A DNA stretch of 64,000 nucleotides from Novakomyces olei (Eukaryota). Position numbers and translations under genes: made by a program. The stretch spans positions 310,001 through 374,000 of the forward strand of contig JADEYG010000007.1 of the NCBI GenBank assembly GCA_016906335.1, in the 5' to 3' direction. Positions 58,540 to 64,000 of this stretch are shown here, piece after piece; the first letter of the stretch is position 1; the number at the start of each line of letters is the position of its first letter. The notes under the pieces were generated by a model. That model ran no database searches. It saw nothing but the letters and a program-made list of their open reading frames with translations, and was not told where the DNA came from.

Positions 58540-59438
58540 TCTGATCTAGCAGGGCAGTACTATGCAATTTCGTCAACGGTAACTCGGTGGCAGCTTGAAT
58601 ATCTCCGAAACCGAGTCGGCAAATGATATCACAATCATTGATATTGAAATGTCCGTCTAAACGAAAAGGCGGCCCCTAAGCTCTGTCTATTCATCGGGTT
58701 TTGCCTTTGCGACAATGATCGTCACGTACTAAACTGGAGATGCGCCATTGACAATGAAATTATAATAATTTATACCAATTTATAACAATTTAATTAGCCC
58801 TAATCCTACGGGCATGTATAAATTTCTACATCTAGTAATTATGGAGCATGCCGACGAGATACTGTATAAACTCCTCCACTTATTGCTTATAATTAGTTTC
58901 ATTGTTCCTATTGTTTCATGATTTTCTGAATTTACAGCCATTGTGAATATGATACGTACATCGTCAAAAGGCCGTAAAGGTCTAACATATTGTTCAAAGG
59001 CCGTACAGATTTGCTATATTGCCTGCTCCGGCAAATTGAAGTACATGCCATCATTCTATATATTCCCAACATAAATATTTGTATTGCAAATACCATTTTA
59101 TTATTATAAGGCACATTACGGTGAACAAAACATTCCGCCGTCTATAAAGTATTATTTTAATTACCCGTGGATGAATGTGACACATCATCCTCTGCGTCTA
59201 CTTGAATTATTTTGCTTAAAACTTGACGATACATACAATGTATGAAAAACGCAGTATATTAACTTAATTGCAAAGTTTATTCGTCAAAATTAAATTTTAC
59301 GTATGCAAGCTTACTTGTCCGCATTATCATTCCATTCTATATTCAATTGGAAAGTCCTTCTGGTGTAATCCCAAAAATTTTTTGCGCTTCACGTCCGCAA
59401 GCAGCAAAAGTCAATCAAAGGAGGAATCGCATTTGACA

Positions 59439-60052
59439 ATGGCCGACCACGAACAGGAGGAGTTTTCGAACCAGACCGACAATGCGTCTCAGACGTACCC
59501 GGTTCAATGCTCGGCTCTGCGCAAGAACGGCCACGTTGTGATCAAAGGCCGTCCGTGCAAGATTGTTGACATGTCGACCTCAAAGACTGGCAAGCATGGT
59601 CACGCCAAGGTCCATCTCGTTGCTATTGACATCTTTACCCAGAAGAAGCTCGAGGATTTGTCGCCATCGACCCATAACATGGATGTGCCCAACATCCAGC
59701 GTTCTGAGTTCCAGCTGGTATGATTGCCATTTAAGCGGAAAATGCAAAAAGAGGAAAATTTAAAAAAATTAGGCACTTTAAAAGAATTGCAGCGTTCGGT
59801 TTGAGCCGAAAGTTGTCTGAAAATTTTTACATCGCTATAGATACTAATTTCGTACAGATCGATATCGATGACGATTTCCTTAACCTGATGGATAGCGATG
59901 GCGGTACGAAGGACGACGTTAAGGTTCCTGACAACGAAGTCGGTGAGCAGATCCGTGCTGCATTTGATGAAGGTAAAGAGCTTATCATCACCGTTGTGAA
60001 GGCCATGGGTGAGGAGCTTGCATTGTCCTTCAAGGAGGCCCCTAAAGCCTAA
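59439..60052 (+). CDS. HYP2: Translation factor eIF5A
   Basis: Hypusine loop [12 protein letters not shown]; intron 59718-59857. Confidence 0.98.
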
Positions 60053-60740
60053 AAAGATTGCATGCGATATGTCGATATTGGACATTGCATGTTTCTCACC
60101 CTAGTATTTTTACTATTATTTATGTGAGAAGATTTTGCCAAAGTTTCCAGACTTTGATATTTTCTACAACATTGATGCGCTCTTCTATTCGTAATTTTCC
60201 GTGTGTGTTTTTCGCCTTGTGATGGCTTTGTTGCGGTCGCGGTTTTTATTCCTGAGGCATCTATGTTTGTATCCAGCTAGTGCTGGTACTTGCCTTGTGT
60301 CCTTCCCCCCAACGCGTCGTTACAGTTCATCATAGTAGAAAATAAAATTGAGTTTATTGGCAAATTATGAGTCGTAGTGCAAAAGTTTTCAGAGAGGATA
60401 CGAAGCTTCAAGCTAGACCAGCAGGCTAGACAAGGCCACACAAATAAAGTTTCGCGATTGGTGAAATGCATGGCTAGACACGCAAGCAACTAAGCCGTTC
60501 ACTGATCTGTCCCCATAGTAAACCGTACTTTTCGGGCAATTAACCTGAACTAAGAACTACACCAATTGCTTGGGTAAGATTAGTTTTAGAAAGACGTATA
60601 GCGATGTGCCAACTGAGCTGCTTTTAATTGAAATCTATACCGTAATTCCCAGTCATATTTGCCAACGAGTCTCGCCCGCCGACGCTGAGAGCTCCCTTGA
60701 ATTTATCATATACGTACAAGGATGCATACTATATCCACTA

Positions 60741-60791
<51 letters not shown>
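60741..60791. repeat. (AAT)17 microsatellite upstream of VPS52
   Basis: Seen directly. Confidence 0.95.
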
Positions 60792-60795
<4 letters not shown>

Positions 60796-60830
60796 ATCGA
60801 CAGGTGGTTCCAATATAGGCCTGCCGGGCA

Positions 60831-62936
<2,106 letters not shown>

Positions 62937-63591
62937 GGTGAGAAAGAAAGATGGTTGTTTATATAATACGGAGGCAGTACAGCATCCTATAAAATCTTGG
63001 CGAAACGTGTCGCTTACACAGACATTTACGCTTGGGCAGACATTTGGATTGCGGGGACAAGTCTAACATTGCCGTCTTTGCACAATAACGAATTTTATGG
63101 ATTAAATATTAGAAAAGATACTTTAAGCATTCTTCAAAGAAGACGCCAAAAACTAGGAAGTTCAAAGTTCGGGCGGGAGAGGCAGGTGTATGGCTATACA
63201 AGGAAGGGAAAAAAAAAGAGCCAAAACAGATAAAGCAAGGCGAAAAAAGCTTCACAATAGACAGTCAACTGTAAGAAACAATTTAAGGCATCCATTGCGT
63301 CATAACCAATACTGCTCAATTGAAAGCCGTAGTTGTCAAAAATTAGGCAGAATAACAATTAGAGGGAAAATTAAAAAATATAGAATATAAATCAAAGTAT
63401 GGTGGAACCCCAATACTAGATAATATAAAGTGGAAGGGGCTAATGCCTTCTCCGCTAGGTACAACCCCTCTTGAGAAAACGTCCACGAGCAATAAAAATT
63501 AAAAAATAAATCCCTTCAAGCTGCCAAAACTGTTCAAGACCGATTCTGGCTGTTACAGCCATCCGGACAAATCTTGTCGTTGCCCTCCACA

Positions 63592-64000
63592 CTAGATAAG
63601 GCTATCGTAGAGGGCAAACACGAGCAGGATCAACGAATCCGCCTTGAGCAGAATGGTGCCAACAGTAGCTTCCAGAGTAACAAAAGTCTTTGCGCTGACA
63701 AAGCTGGAAAGAGCACCAAAGCTGAACACGGCCCATACGAGAGCAGTACGGGCGACTGCGAGAGTAACCGGGTCAAAAAGCGATCGAGCGTGCTTTTGCG
63801 ACGGGTTGAACAGCGTACCCGCAATCAGCGGAACAAGGAGCGTTAGAGTGATCCAAGTACCGAGCGGAGTCCAGAACGATTCCAGCTCGAGAAACTGGAC
63901 AAAGTCCGGCAGGTACATGCCGTGTGTGCTCCAGTACTTTGTGAGAAAGGCCGGCAGCTGAATGGCCTTTGTGAGCGGCACAAGGTTGGTAAGGAGAGTG
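63592..64000 (-). CDS. C-terminal part of a multi-TM protein, possibly Gtt3/Bqt3-like nuclear-envelope family
   Basis: Open to the window edge. 'LPDF..FW..W..L.PL..FN..DPVTLAVARTAL' pattern recalled from this family; ends ALYDSLI*. Confidence 0.5.
   Translation of the reverse strand, partial: TLLTNLVPLTKAIQLPAFLTKYWSTHGMYLPDFVQFLELESFWTPLGTWITLTLLVPLIAGTLFNPSQKHARSLFDPVTLAVARTALVWAVFSFGALSSFVSAKTFVTLEATVGTILLKADSLILLVFALYDSLI

Noticed and set aside
57937..58626. 229-aa ORF antisense to RRN7, and similar shadow ORFs over LEU4 and BST1
   Set aside because: Antisense shadows of real genes with no independent features.

Overview
Gene-dense fungal (ascomycete yeast-like, most consistent with a Taphrinomycotina-type lineage; inferred from gene content and short introns) nuclear chromosome segment in the standard genetic code (conserved Leu positions use CTG). 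By hand-splicing I find 29 protein-coding genes, one cut by the window end, with about 48 GT-AG introns: CTU2/NCS2, SMD3, a SIM+RING protein, PRP19, LEU4, a DUF4604-like protein, a KTR mannosyltransferase, an uncharacterised single-pass protein, YRB1, TAF14, a Git5-like G-beta, an arylsulfotransferase, an MCH1-like MFS, an AreB/Asd4 GATA factor, LSB6, SRB7, IRC3, STE2, BST1, RRG7, END3, an RNF126-like ligase, a CYC2-like reductase, FIS1, SPC24, RRN7, eIF5A, VPS52 and a Gtt3/Bqt3-like partial gene. I see no tRNA, rRNA, transposon, CRISPR or MAT genes. Best leads: (1) the uncharacterised membrane protein has the motif layout of a selective-autophagy receptor; (2) telomere-type AACCCT(A) boxes are concentrated in intergenic DNA, some beside hairpin-rich gaps that may hide ncRNAs; (3) the GATA factor gene carries a phased GATAA array inside its own ORF; (4) the G-beta lacks its N-terminal coiled coil; (5) AAG/GTAAG splice acceptors are frequent and some introns are inflated by microsatellites. 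All identities come from motif recognition, not database searches.
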